Shown here piece by piece: positions 18,706 to 27,579 of a stretch of DNA of 64,000 nt (positions are counted from its first letter, which is position 1; each line of letters starts with the position of its first letter). The translations under genes were made by a program, and so were the position numbers. Origin of the DNA: Acidimicrobiales bacterium (GTDB taxonomy: Bacteria; Actinomycetota; Acidimicrobiia; Acidimicrobiales; VFJN01). The stretch spans positions 348-64,347 of the forward strand of contig DASQUK010000054.1 in NCBI GenBank assembly GCA_035641315.1, read 5' to 3'. The notes under the pieces were generated by a model, which searched no databases, was not told the DNA's origin, and worked only from the letters and a program-made list of their open reading frames with translations.

Positions 18706-19238
18706 ACGTGCTCCCGGTAGCTCTCGTAGGGGGCGTCGGGCTCGCCGGTGGGCCGCCACCACTTGATGGACGCCAGGTTGGGGCGCAACTCGTCGTCGTC
18801 GGCCCACACCGCCTCGACCCGCAGGCCCATGCGGATCTGGTCGAACGGGATCTCCTGCACCAGCCCGAACAGCCCCATGTCGGCGCCGTCGGGCAGCACC
18901 GAGGCGCACACGTAGGGCAGCTCCATGGCCGAGCCGCTGAACTTGACGTTGACCACGCAGAACGTGGTGACGATGCCGCGGTCGGCGAGCTCGACCTGCT
19001 CGCTGGTGGGCACGCCGTCGATCGGGCACGAGCCGCGGGGCGGCAGCATGACCTTGCCGCACACGGGGCACCGCTCCCCCAGGATCTTCTTGGCGGCGAT
19101 GCCCCGCAGGAACCGCGACGTGGCCTCGCCGGCAGTGAAGGCGTACTCGAGCCGGGCCGGCGTCCGGATGCTGCGGACGGGCTCGGCGTCGCCCAGCGGC
19201 TGGGGCAACTGCAGCCCGCCGATCGCGCCGGCGGTCAT
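18702..19238 (-). CDS. DUF35-type OB-fold protein with zinc ribbon
   Basis: 178 aa. CPVCGKVMLPPRGSCPIDG rubredoxin-like ribbon followed by an OB-fold-like segment. ATGA overlap with the upstream gene. Confidence 0.85.
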   Translation of the reverse strand: MTAGAIGGLQLPQPLGDAEPVRSIRTPARLEYAFTAGEATSRFLRGIAAKKILGERCPVCGKVMLPPRGSCPIDGVPTSEQVELADRGIVTTFCVVNVKFSGSAMELPYVCASVLPDGADMGLFGLVQEIPFDQIRMGLRVEAVWADDDELRPNLASIKWWRPTGEPDAPYESYREHV

Positions 19239-19684
19239 GAGGTCCCCACGGGCTCGAAGCAGGCGATGTCGGTGATGGAGCCGGCCCGCTCGGCGGCCCA
19301 GCGGATCCGCACGGGCATCCCGGTCGCCATGGTCGCCGGCGAGCCTGCGTCGACGGTGTGGAGCATCGCCGTGTCGGCCCCGTCCATCCGGACGAGGGCC
19401 CAGGCGAACGGCCGGTCGAACGGTTGGTTGGGCCGGGGTTCGGGCTCCCACGACCAGGTGGTGACGGTGCCGGTGTCCCCCAGCTCGACCAGCTCGGTCA
19501 GCTCCTCGCTGGTGACCGGGTCGTACTCCACCGGTGGGCAGAGGACCCGTCCGTCCGCTGCCCGCACGCCGAGCACGAGTCCCTCGCGGAGCCCCGTCAA
19601 GAACGCGCTCTGGACCGGCCCGACGGTCCGGCTGAACGGGTACTCGAGCACGAGCGGCGCCGACAGGATCTCGGCGTCGGGCAT
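19235..19684 (-). CDS. DUF35-like OB-fold protein (no complete zinc ribbon)
   Basis: 149 aa. GGAGGTG SD upstream. GRVLCPPVEYDPVT...GTVTTWSW... pattern. Confidence 0.75.
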   Translation of the reverse strand: MPDAEILSAPLVLEYPFSRTVGPVQSAFLTGLREGLVLGVRAADGRVLCPPVEYDPVTSEELTELVELGDTGTVTTWSWEPEPRPNQPFDRPFAWALVRMDGADTAMLHTVDAGSPATMATGMPVRIRWAAERAGSITDIACFEPVGTS

Positions 19685-19700
19685 GGCACCTCCCCACAGG

Positions 19701-19714
19701 TGAAACAGGTTCTA
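19701..19714. promoter_or_regulatory. KstR-type operator upstream of the DUF35/thiolase operon
   Basis: TGAAACAGGTTCTA fits TnnAACnnGTTnnA. Lies 17 nt upstream of the start codon at 19684. Confidence 0.7.
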
Positions 19715-19749
19715 CCTCTGGGGTCTTGGTCTAGCAGACCCGGCGAACC

Positions 19750-19788
19750 GGCGGTGACTTCTTGCGGTGCGCGCGAGAGATCACCGCC
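19750..19788. terminator. hairpin just downstream of the ADH stop
   Basis: ggcggtga (19750-19757) / tcaccgcc (19781-19788), 23-nt loop. Confidence 0.4.
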
Positions 19789-19799
19789 AGAACCGGCTC

Positions 19800-20933
19800 T
19801 CAGGCGGCCGTGGTGGCAGCGGTGCTCTCCCCCGCGGTCGTCGCCGCGCCCGGGAAGGTGATGACCGAGCGGATGACGGTGCCGGCCTTGAGGTCGGACA
19901 CCGCGTCGTTGACGCCGTCGATCGTGATCTTCTTGGAGATCATGCCCTCGAGGTCGAGGCGGCCGTTCTTCCAGAGGTTGAGGATCCGGGTGAAGTCGCT
20001 GCGTACGTCGGCCGAGCCGTAGTACGAGCCCTTGATCGTCTTCTCGTCGAAGAACAGCTCGAAGGCGTTGAACGAGACGGTCTTGTCGGCGCCACCCACG
20101 CCGATGATGCAGGTGGTGCCGCCGCGCCGGGTCACGTCGTAGGCGCTGCGCATGGTCTGGGGCAGGCCGATGGCCTCGAACGCGTAGTCGAAGCCGTCTC
20201 CGCCGGTGATCGTGGCCTTGGCCGAGTCGAGCTCGTCGGGCTTGACGGCGTGGGTGGCACCGAAGCGCTGGGCGTCCTCGAGCTTGGAGTCGACCAGGTC
20301 GACGGCCACGATCTCGGAGGCGCCGGCCACCCGGGCGCCCTGGATGGCGGCGATGCCGACGCCGCCGCAGCCGAACACCACCACCGACGATCCCGGGGTG
20401 ACCTTGGCGGTGTTGACGGCGGCACCCACGCCGGTCATGACGCCGCAGCCCACGAGCGAGGCAATCTCGTGGGGCACGTCGCTGTCGATCTTCACCACGC
20501 TCTGCTGGGGGACGATCATCTCCTCGGCCCACGTGCCGGTGCCGGTGAAGCCGAAGATCGGCGCGCCGTCCTGGAGGTAGTGGGTCGCGGCGCCGGCCGT
20601 GAACAGGATGTTCAGACAGAGGTTGGGCTGCTTGCGATCGACGCAGAACCGGCAGGTGCCGCAGGGCGGGTTCCAGGCGACGATGACATGGTCGCCGGGC
20701 TGGACCGAGGTGACGCCGTCGCCCACCTCGGCGATCACGCCGGCGCCCTCGTGTCCCGGAACGAAGGGCGCGGGCTGCGGGATGGTGCCGTTCATGCCCG
20801 ACACGTCGGAGTGGCACACCCCGGTGGCGTGGATCTTGACCTTCACCTCGCCCGGGCCCACCGGGGTGAGCGCCAGGTCGTCCCGGATCTCGAGCTTGTC
20901 GTCGCCGGTGTTGCGGAGCACGGCTGCGCGCAT
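19800..20933 (-). CDS. zinc-dependent alcohol dehydrogenase, class III / mycothiol-formaldehyde-DH-like
   Basis: GVCHSD, GHEGAGVIAEVG, structural Zn cluster CGTCRFC, Rossmann VVVFGCGGVG. Confidence 0.92.
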   Translation of the reverse strand: MRAAVLRNTGDDKLEIRDDLALTPVGPGEVKVKIHATGVCHSDVSGMNGTIPQPAPFVPGHEGAGVIAEVGDGVTSVQPGDHVIVAWNPPCGTCRFCVDRKQPNLCLNILFTAGAATHYLQDGAPIFGFTGTGTWAEEMIVPQQSVVKIDSDVPHEIASLVGCGVMTGVGAAVNTAKVTPGSSVVVFGCGGVGIAAIQGARVAGASEIVAVDLVDSKLEDAQRFGATHAVKPDELDSAKATITGGDGFDYAFEAIGLPQTMRSAYDVTRRGGTTCIIGVGGADKTVSFNAFELFFDEKTIKGSYYGSADVRSDFTRILNLWKNGRLDLEGMISKKITIDGVNDAVSDLKAGTVIRSVITFPGAATTAGESTAATTAA

Positions 20934-21078
20934 GCGGGTCCTCCCCCTCGTGAGCTTGCGGACGGGCGCAGCGTAGCAAGGCGAGGTCAGAACCCTTGAC
21001 CGCAGGGTCAGGGGGCGGGCCCGATACTTCTCCCCACGGCTTGCGGCGAGTGCGGCAAACTACCCCCCAATCTTGGGG

Positions 21079-22722
21079 ATGCGAACGGTGGCACTGGGGT
21101 TGAGCGACGCTTCGGACGACCATCTGTTGTGGGCCGCACGGGCCGGCGACCGGGGTGCATTCGACGAGCTGTACGAGCGCCATCGCGGCGCCGCGCTCCG
21201 CCTGGCCCGCAGCTACCGTCGTCACGGCGACCCCGAGGACCTCGTCAGCTCCGCCTTCGAGAAGGTGCTGGCGGCGCTGCTGCGGGGCAACGGTCCGACC
21301 GACTCGTTCCGCGCCTACCTGTTCGTGACCCTGCGCCGACTGGCGGCGGAGAGCGCGCGCCACCCGGCGCCCGAGCCGCTGGACATCGTGCCCGAGACGG
21401 TGGTGGCCGTGAGCGGCCTGCCCGGGCTCGACGACGCCGAGCGCGCCATGATCACGCAGGCGTTCGAAGCGTTGCCCGATCGCTGGCAGGCAGTGCTGTG
21501 GTTGACGGCGGTCGAGGGGCGGCATCCCCGCGAGGTGGCGCGCTCGGCCGGTATCCCCGCCAACACGGTCTCGGTGCTGGCCCATCGGGCGCGCGAGCGC
21601 CTGCGGGAGAACTACTTGCAGGCCCATCTCCGGGCCTCGCCCGGCGCGGCGTGCGAGCCCCACCGGTCTCGACTGGGCGGCTACGTGCGCGGCGGCCTGG
21701 GGCGGCGGCACCGGCTCGCCACCGTGGAACACCTGGAGACGTGTCCGTCGTGCCGCGACCTGGTTATCGAGCTGACCGACGTCAACCGTCAGCTGGTGCG
21801 CTCGGTTCTGCCGCTGTTCGTGCTGGCGTCGGGGGGCACGATCGCCCGGCAGGCGGCCGGGGCCGCCGGCGTGACCGGGGCGGCTGCAGGCGCGGCGGCC
21901 GGCGTATCGGCCACTGGGTCGGCGGGGATCTCGGGCGTGGCGGGAGCGGGGACCGCGGCCGGCGCGGGTGTGTCGGCAGTGAAGGTGGCGGTCGCCGCGG
22001 CCGCCGCCGTCGTCGCGCTCACCGTGTCGCTGGTGCCCGACCTCGGAGGCCGGGGTGGCGGTGACGGACCCCAGGCCTTCGCCGCCGTGGCCCCGCCCGG
22101 CTTCGGCGACTCTGCGACCACGTCTACGGTGCCGGACGGCGACCGGTCCGTGCCGTCCGGGGCTCCGGCCACCGCGCCGGAGCCTCGGCCGCCGGCCGAC
22201 GTCGACACCGGCACCGACATCGGGCCCTCCGCCCCACCCGCGGATGCGGCTCCGCCGGCCAGCGGGACGGTGGGCGCCGGCGGAGAGCTGGTCGACGTCG
22301 AGGTCGGGGTGGATGCGGGGCCGGTGCTCGGCGTCGACGCCGGTGTCCAGGTCGGCCCGGGCGTCGAGCTCGACGCCAGCTGGGCCGGCTCGCTGCTGGG
22401 CGCCGGCACCGTGACGGTCCACGTGCAGAACCCGGACGGCGGGACCGTGTCGGCCCTTGCCGTAGACATCCAGCTCTCGCCTCACGCACGAGCGACGACG
22501 CTGCTGTCGTCGGGTTGCAAGGCCAGTGACCCCGGCCTCGTGGGGGTGGTCCTGTCGCTGGTCGACGCGCTGACGTGCACGGTGGGCAACCTCGCCGCGG
22601 GCGCCGGCGCGACGATCGACGTGCCGCTGCACGTCTCGGCGCCGGGCGAGACCGCAACGGCGGTGCTGCGCGCCGGCGACGAGGTCCTCGACCGCACGGT
22701 GGTGGCGCTGCCGCCAGCGTGA
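21079..22722 (+). CDS. ECF sigma factor fused to ZAS anti-sigma motif, TM segment and extracytoplasmic DUF11-like domain
   Basis: Sigma2 (FDELYERHRGAALRLA...DLVSSAFEKV). Sigma4 (PDRWQAVLWLTAVEGRHPREVARSAGIPANTVSVLAHRARERL). HLETCPSC (HxxxCxxC). A/G-rich linker with TM VKVAVAAAAAVVALTVSLV. C-terminal LTCTVGNLAAGAGATIDVPLHV. ORF opens at TTG 21073. Confidence 0.8.
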   Translation: MRTVALGLSDASDDHLLWAARAGDRGAFDELYERHRGAALRLARSYRRHGDPEDLVSSAFEKVLAALLRGNGPTDSFRAYLFVTLRRLAAESARHPAPEPLDIVPETVVAVSGLPGLDDAERAMITQAFEALPDRWQAVLWLTAVEGRHPREVARSAGIPANTVSVLAHRARERLRENYLQAHLRASPGAACEPHRSRLGGYVRGGLGRRHRLATVEHLETCPSCRDLVIELTDVNRQLVRSVLPLFVLASGGTIARQAAGAAGVTGAAAGAAAGVSATGSAGISGVAGAGTAAGAGVSAVKVAVAAAAAVVALTVSLVPDLGGRGGGDGPQAFAAVAPPGFGDSATTSTVPDGDRSVPSGAPATAPEPRPPADVDTGTDIGPSAPPADAAPPASGTVGAGGELVDVEVGVDAGPVLGVDAGVQVGPGVELDASWAGSLLGAGTVTVHVQNPDGGTVSALAVDIQLSPHARATTLLSSGCKASDPGLVGVVLSLVDALTCTVGNLAAGAGATIDVPLHVSAPGETATAVLRAGDEVLDRTVVALPPA

Positions 22723-22738
22723 ACCTGCGTTCGCAGGT
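22723..22738 (+). terminator. short hairpin immediately after the sigma-fusion stop
   Basis: acctgcg-tt-cgcaggt. Confidence 0.3.
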
Positions 22739-22800
22739 GACGGCGAATCCGGCGCATCCTCGCTGCCGGTTCCGGGGCGCCGCATTGCAGCCAGGGCGTG

Positions 22801-23400
22801 CTAGCGGAAACGGGCGGCGATGAGCTCCGCCGCCTCCCGCAGCTCCGCCGCCACCCAGTCGATGTCCCCCATGCCGTTGGCCCAGGCGATGGTGGCCGAC
22901 CACCACACGTGTCCCAGCACCTTGGCGGCGGACGCCTCCACCGCCGGGTCGATGTCCTCGGGCAGCGCGGAGCGCATGATGCGCGCCATGGTGCCCGTCA
23001 CCTCCCCGATGGCGGCCACCCCGGCCGGGTCGCCGGCGGTCATGGCGGCGATCACCGCTGCGGTGAGCTTGGGCTCGCGGTCCATCGACCGCAACGCCCG
23101 GCCGAGCACGTCCATGATCCGATCCACCGTGCCCGCAGACGCCGGCGGTGGATCCCGCATCACCCGCTGCTCGAGGCCGCCCAGCCACTCGATCATGACC
23201 GCCAGCAGCAGCGCGTCCTTGGACGGGAAGTAGCGGTAGATCGTGCCGAGCGCGACCTCGGCCCGCGTGGACACGTCGCGCATCTGCACGACGTCGTAGC
23301 CGCCCTCGGACGCCAGCTGCATGGCGGCGCGGATCACCCGCTCCCGGCGCGCCGCCTGGTTGCGCGTCAGTACCGAGCTGTGGCGGCCGTCGATGTCCAC
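22801..23400 (-). CDS. kstR: TetR-family repressor, KstR-like
   Basis: 199 aa. RRERVIRAAMQLASEGGYDVVQMRDVSTRAEVALGTIYRYFPSKDALL closely parallels my recollection of the M. tuberculosis KstR HTH region. A palindromic KstR-type box sits 10 nt upstream. Confidence 0.8.
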   Translation of the reverse strand: MDIDGRHSSVLTRNQAARRERVIRAAMQLASEGGYDVVQMRDVSTRAEVALGTIYRYFPSKDALLLAVMIEWLGGLEQRVMRDPPPASAGTVDRIMDVLGRALRSMDREPKLTAAVIAAMTAGDPAGVAAIGEVTGTMARIMRSALPEDIDPAVEASAAKVLGHVWWSATIAWANGMGDIDWVAAELREAAELIAARFR

Positions 23401-23410
23401 CGCCCGAGAT

Positions 23411-23424
23411 TAGAACAGGTTCTA
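23411..23424. promoter_or_regulatory. KstR-type operator (perfect palindrome) upstream of kstR-like gene
   Basis: TAGAACAGGTTCTA, within the 16-bp palindrome TTAGAACAGGTTCTAA at 23410-23425. Confidence 0.75.
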
Positions 23425-23444
23425 ACGCCTGGGGGGCGGAGCTG

Positions 23445-23999
23445 CTACTTCTGCAGCACGGCCTCGATCTCGAGATTGAGCTGGATCTTGTCGCCGACCA
23501 CCAGGCCTCCGCCCTCCATGGGCATGTCGAAGGTGAGGCCGAAGTCCTTACGATTGATCTCGCCGCTGGCGGACAGGCCGGCGCGGGTGCCGCCCCAGGG
23601 ATCGGGACTGATCCCGTTGAACTCGACCTGCAACGACACGGGGTTGGTGATGTCCTTGACCGTGAGCTCGCCGTCGGCGACGTAGCCGTCGCCTTCGACC
23701 CGGAGGCTCGTCGTGCGGTAGGTCATGGTCGGGTACTTGTCGGACTCGAAGTAGTTCGACGAGCGCAGGTCGTTGTCACGGTCCTCGTTGCCGGTGTTGA
23801 TCGAGTTGAGGTCGACCGTGACCGTGGCCCGGGTGTCCAGGATGTCGTCGCCCGTCACGATCTCACCCTCGAACTTCTCGAACCGGCCGCGGACCTTGCT
23901 GACCATGAGGTGGCGGACCGTGAACCCGATCTCCGAGTGGATCGGGTCGATCACCCACGTGCCCGCGACGTAACCCGGGATCTTCGTTTCCTCGCTCAC
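23445..23999 (-). CDS. YceI-family (polyisoprenoid-binding) protein
   Basis: WVIDPIHSEIGFTVRHLMVSKVRGRF..F.G is typical of YceI. GTG 23999 preferred (GGAGG 10 nt upstream). The ORF opens at 24032. Confidence 0.85.
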   Translation of the reverse strand: MSEETKIPGYVAGTWVIDPIHSEIGFTVRHLMVSKVRGRFEKFEGEIVTGDDILDTRATVTVDLNSINTGNEDRDNDLRSSNYFESDKYPTMTYRTTSLRVEGDGYVADGELTVKDITNPVSLQVEFNGISPDPWGGTRAGLSASGEINRKDFGLTFDMPMEGGGLVVGDKIQLNLEIEAVLQK

Positions 24000-24055
24000 C
24001 AGTTCGGCACCTCCGTCCCATCCGTACCACACGCCGCCCCCCTACCCTCACCATC

Positions 24056-25558
24056 ATGTCATCCGCTGCCGGCCGGTTCGCCGGTCCCTACGCCGCCGGG
24101 GTGCCGGCGCCGGCGCTGCGGATCGTGGCCCCGAGCCTCACCCGCTTCAGCTGGCGGGAGCTGGTGCGGGGCGCCGAGATCGCCGTCGTGCTGGCATGGC
24201 ACCTGACCGGCGCCGCCGTCCGTCACCTCGCCCGCCGGCCCTCGGTACTCCTGCGGCTCCGCCGGAACCACACCGCCCGGGCCGCGCTGGCGAGCGCCGT
24301 CAGCGTGGGCCTGGTGGAGGCCTTCATGGCGCTCGGCCCGACGTTCGTGAAGCTCGGCCAGCTGATCGCCTCGTCCCCCGGGATGTTCCCCGCCCCGCTC
24401 GCCGACGCCTGCCTGCGCACGCTGGACGACGTGCCGCCCTTCCCGGCCGGGGACGCGCTGGCCATCGTCGAGGACGACCTCGGGGCGTCGGCGGCGCAGA
24501 TGTTCGCCGACTTCGATCCCGAGCCGCTGTCGGCCGCCTCCATCGCCCAGGTCCACGCCTGCACGTTGGCCGACGGGCGGGAGGCGGTCCTCAAGATCCA
24601 GCGGCCGTCGATCCGGGACCGCATGAACCGTGACCTGCGGATGATGTACCGCATGGCCGGACTGGTCGACCGCACCCGCACCGGGCACCTCATGAACGCC
24701 CCGGGCGTGGTCGAGGACCTGCACCAGGTCACCAACGAGGAGCTGAACTTCGCGCTGGAGGCCCACCGCCAGGCCGAGTTCCGCGACCAGATCGGGGCCT
24801 TCGGCGACAACCGCTGGATCACCGCCCCCGCGGTCTACTGGGATCACTGCGGGCCCCGGGTCATCTGCATGGAACGGCTGCGGGGCACCCCCATGGACCG
24901 TTTCGCCGAGATCAGGGCGCGGGGCATCGACGGCGAGCTCGTGCTGCGGCGGGGCCTCAAGGCGTGGATGGAGGCGACCCTCGTCCACGGGCCGTTCCAC
25001 GGCGATGTGCACGCCGGCAACATCTGGGTGCTCGACGACGGGCGGGCGGCGTACCTCGACTTCGGCATCATGGGCGAGCTGCCCGACGCCCACCGCCAGG
25101 CGCTGCGCGACGCCCAGTACACGGTGATGATCGACGGCGACTATCGCCGCATCGTCCGGGCCTGGCAGCGCATCGGCATCCTCAGCGAGGACGTCGGCCC
25201 GGTCGACGAAGTGGCCGCGCGGCTCAAGGCCGTCCTCGATCCCATGTTCGACATGACGCTGGGCGAGGTGAGCCTGTCGTTCGTGTTGCGCCGGCAGCTC
25301 GAGCTGCAGCACGAGTACGGCGCCCGGGCCGCCCGCGAGCTGGTGCTCGTCTCCAAGCAGCTCATGTACTTCGAGCGCTACGCCAAGGAGCTGGCCCCCG
25401 ACTACAACCTGGCCCGCGATCTGTTCCTCGTGCAGAACGTCTTCCCCGAGGCCGTGGCCCGCTTGGCGGCCGAGCGGGGCATCAGCTTCCCCGACGACTC
25501 GATCCCGCACGTGCTCGCTTCGGCTGCAGGGCCGGCGGCAGCGGCCGGGAGTGGATGA
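24056..25558 (+). CDS. ABC1/UbiB-family atypical kinase
   Basis: FVKLGQLIASSPGMFP, PLSAASIAQVH, VLKIQRP, HGDVHAGNIWV. Confidence 0.9.
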   Translation: MSSAAGRFAGPYAAGVPAPALRIVAPSLTRFSWRELVRGAEIAVVLAWHLTGAAVRHLARRPSVLLRLRRNHTARAALASAVSVGLVEAFMALGPTFVKLGQLIASSPGMFPAPLADACLRTLDDVPPFPAGDALAIVEDDLGASAAQMFADFDPEPLSAASIAQVHACTLADGREAVLKIQRPSIRDRMNRDLRMMYRMAGLVDRTRTGHLMNAPGVVEDLHQVTNEELNFALEAHRQAEFRDQIGAFGDNRWITAPAVYWDHCGPRVICMERLRGTPMDRFAEIRARGIDGELVLRRGLKAWMEATLVHGPFHGDVHAGNIWVLDDGRAAYLDFGIMGELPDAHRQALRDAQYTVMIDGDYRRIVRAWQRIGILSEDVGPVDEVAARLKAVLDPMFDMTLGEVSLSFVLRRQLELQHEYGARAARELVLVSKQLMYFERYAKELAPDYNLARDLFLVQNVFPEAVARLAAERGISFPDDSIPHVLASAAGPAAAAGSG

Positions 25559-27539
25559 CGACCAGCTCCTGGACCGCCCGGGTCAGGGCGACGTAGAGAA
25601 GTCGCAGCCCCCGGGCGGTGCCGCCGGCGATGGCGGCCGGTTCCACCACGACGACCGCATCGAACTCGAGGCCCTTGGCGTCGGGTGGCGCCAGCACGTC
25701 GACCCGCTGCCCGCGAGCCGGGGGCGCCAGGTCGAGCGGACCGATGACCGCCACCGAGCCGTAGCGACCGGCCAACTCGGACGCCGCCGCTCCGGCCTCG
25801 TCCCGTAGTCCGTCGGCCCCCAGCGCCGGCTCGACCGCGACGAACCGAGGTGGCCGCCCGTCGAGGCGGACCGACCGGCAGGGCGTGATGCCGGGCGCCG
25901 CCTCGGCCAGCAGGCGGTTGGCGACGTCCACGATGGCGGCCGGCACCCGGTAGCCGAGGTCCAGGTCTGTGCGCCAAGCGGTGGCCGGGGAGCCGAGGTG
26001 GGCGACCACCTCGTCCCAGGAGGACTGCGCCCCCGGGACAGTGGCCTGCGCCAGGTCGCCGAGCACGGTCATGGAGCGGGCGTGGCTGCGCCGGGCCAGC
26101 GCCCGGAAGCCCATGGCGGACAGGTCCTGGGCCTCGTCGACGACCACGTGGCCGTACGCCGGGGGCGGACCGACCAGGAGGGCTTCTGCCTCGTCGAGCA
26201 GCGCCAAGTCGTCGAGCGTCCACGGCTCGTCTGTCACCCGCGGCGTGGCCGGCCGCCCCAGCAATGCCCGCTCGCCGGCGTCGAGCAGTCCACCCGCGGC
26301 GGTGCGCAGCGCGTTGCGGTTGGTGAGCAGCCGTCGCACCAGGGTGGCGGCGTTGAGCGGCGGCCAGATCCGGTCGAGCGCCCGCTGCCAGCCGCGGTCG
26401 GCTCGCAGGCTGGCGTCGACCGCTTCGGTCGTGGCCACCTCCTCGCCTCGGCGCGCCACCAGCCCCCGGCGCACCAGGCGGACCAGCCGGGCCCGCAACG
26501 CCGCCCGGCCGACGTTGTGGGGCACGCCCCGGGCGCGTATCTCGGTCAGTGCCTCCGCCACCGCCTCGCTACCCAACCGCACCGTCCCCCAGGCGGTCGC
26601 GGCCTCGACGTCACGCTCGGGTGGGTGCACCGTGGCCGCCGCGGCGCGGGCCAGCAGCGTCGCCATGCGAGCGTCGCCCTTGATCCGCGCAGCGGGGTCA
26701 CCATCGACGCCGCGGCGTCGGTAGGCGGTGCCCGCCAGCAACCGTTCCAGCGTCGACTGCCGCACGGCCGTCTCGCCCAGCGACGGGAGGACCTGGCTGA
26801 TGTAGCGCAGGAAGATGGGGTTGGGCCCGATGACCAGCACCCCGTCGGCGTCGAGCTGGCGGCGATGCTCGTAGAGGAGGAAGGCGGCGCGGTGGAGCCC
26901 GACGGCCGTCTTGCCGGTGCCGGGACCGCCCTGCACCACCAGGCAGGTGTCGAGCGGCGCTCGGATGACCTCGTCCTGCTCGGCCGCGATCGTCGCGACG
27001 ATGTCGCGCATCTCGCCGGTGCGCTCGCGCTCCAGCTCGGCCAGCAGCGGGTCGGGGATGCCGCCGTGGTGGGCGGCGTCGACGCTGTCGGGGTCGTCGA
27101 ACACCTCGTCGAAGAGGTCGTCGACGCGGCGGCCGGTCATCACGAAGCGGCGCCGCCGCCGGAGGCCGAGCGGGTCGACGGCCGTCGCCCGGTAGAAGGG
27201 GACGGCCACGTCGGCCCGCCAGTCGACCACCACCGGATCGCCGCGGTCGTCCTCGACGTGGCGCCGGCCCACATACCAGCGGGACCCGTCCTCGTCGTCG
27301 AGCCGGCCGAAGCTCAACCCCGGCAGGTCGACGTCGAGGCTGCCGAGGCGGTGCGACAGATGTTGCTGCGCGATGGCCGAGTCGACGGCTTGGGCGGCGC
27401 CGTCGGAGACGGCGGCGGCGCGCGCCGTGCGCATCCGCATCCCGGCCAGGTGGCGGTACGCCTCGTCGATGTACGCCTGCTCGGCGGCGACCTCGGGGTG
27501 GGGCACGGTCCGGACCTCGGCACGACGGGGGCTCGCCAA
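25482..27539 (-). CDS. helD: HelD-like UvrD-family helicase (RNA-polymerase-associated helicase IV class)
   Basis: Walker A VVQGGPGTGKT, VVVDEAQDLS, C-terminal LLYVALTRA. N-terminal RWYVGRRHV...VVDWRA is typical of actinobacterial HelD. Start TTG 27539 or GTG 27506. Confidence 0.8.
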   Translation of the reverse strand: MASPRRAEVRTVPHPEVAAEQAYIDEAYRHLAGMRMRTARAAAVSDGAAQAVDSAIAQQHLSHRLGSLDVDLPGLSFGRLDDEDGSRWYVGRRHVEDDRGDPVVVDWRADVAVPFYRATAVDPLGLRRRRRFVMTGRRVDDLFDEVFDDPDSVDAAHHGGIPDPLLAELERERTGEMRDIVATIAAEQDEVIRAPLDTCLVVQGGPGTGKTAVGLHRAAFLLYEHRRQLDADGVLVIGPNPIFLRYISQVLPSLGETAVRQSTLERLLAGTAYRRRGVDGDPAARIKGDARMATLLARAAAATVHPPERDVEAATAWGTVRLGSEAVAEALTEIRARGVPHNVGRAALRARLVRLVRRGLVARRGEEVATTEAVDASLRADRGWQRALDRIWPPLNAATLVRRLLTNRNALRTAAGGLLDAGERALLGRPATPRVTDEPWTLDDLALLDEAEALLVGPPPAYGHVVVDEAQDLSAMGFRALARRSHARSMTVLGDLAQATVPGAQSSWDEVVAHLGSPATAWRTDLDLGYRVPAAIVDVANRLLAEAAPGITPCRSVRLDGRPPRFVAVEPALGADGLRDEAGAAASELAGRYGSVAVIGPLDLAPPARGQRVDVLAPPDAKGLEFDAVVVVEPAAIAGGTARGLRLLYVALTRAVQELVVIHSRPLPPALQPKRARAGSSRRGS

Positions 27540-27579
27540 CGTACCCGCTGTAGCGTTCGGCCGGAGGTGGATTTACGAC

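Noticed and set aside
20934-21078. Operator-like repeats (ggtcag...ttgacc...ggtcag) in the ADH / sigma-fusion divergent spacer
   Set aside because: These are only short imperfect repeats. They do not match the KstR box or any motif I recognise.
19597-22785. 1062-aa minus-strand ORF, the longest in the track
   Set aside because: It runs antisense across the ADH gene, an intergenic region and the sigma-fusion gene. Its composition is dominated by R/G/P/A with no recognisable motif. This is a typical shadow ORF of very GC-rich DNA, and the sense-strand genes have clear family motifs.
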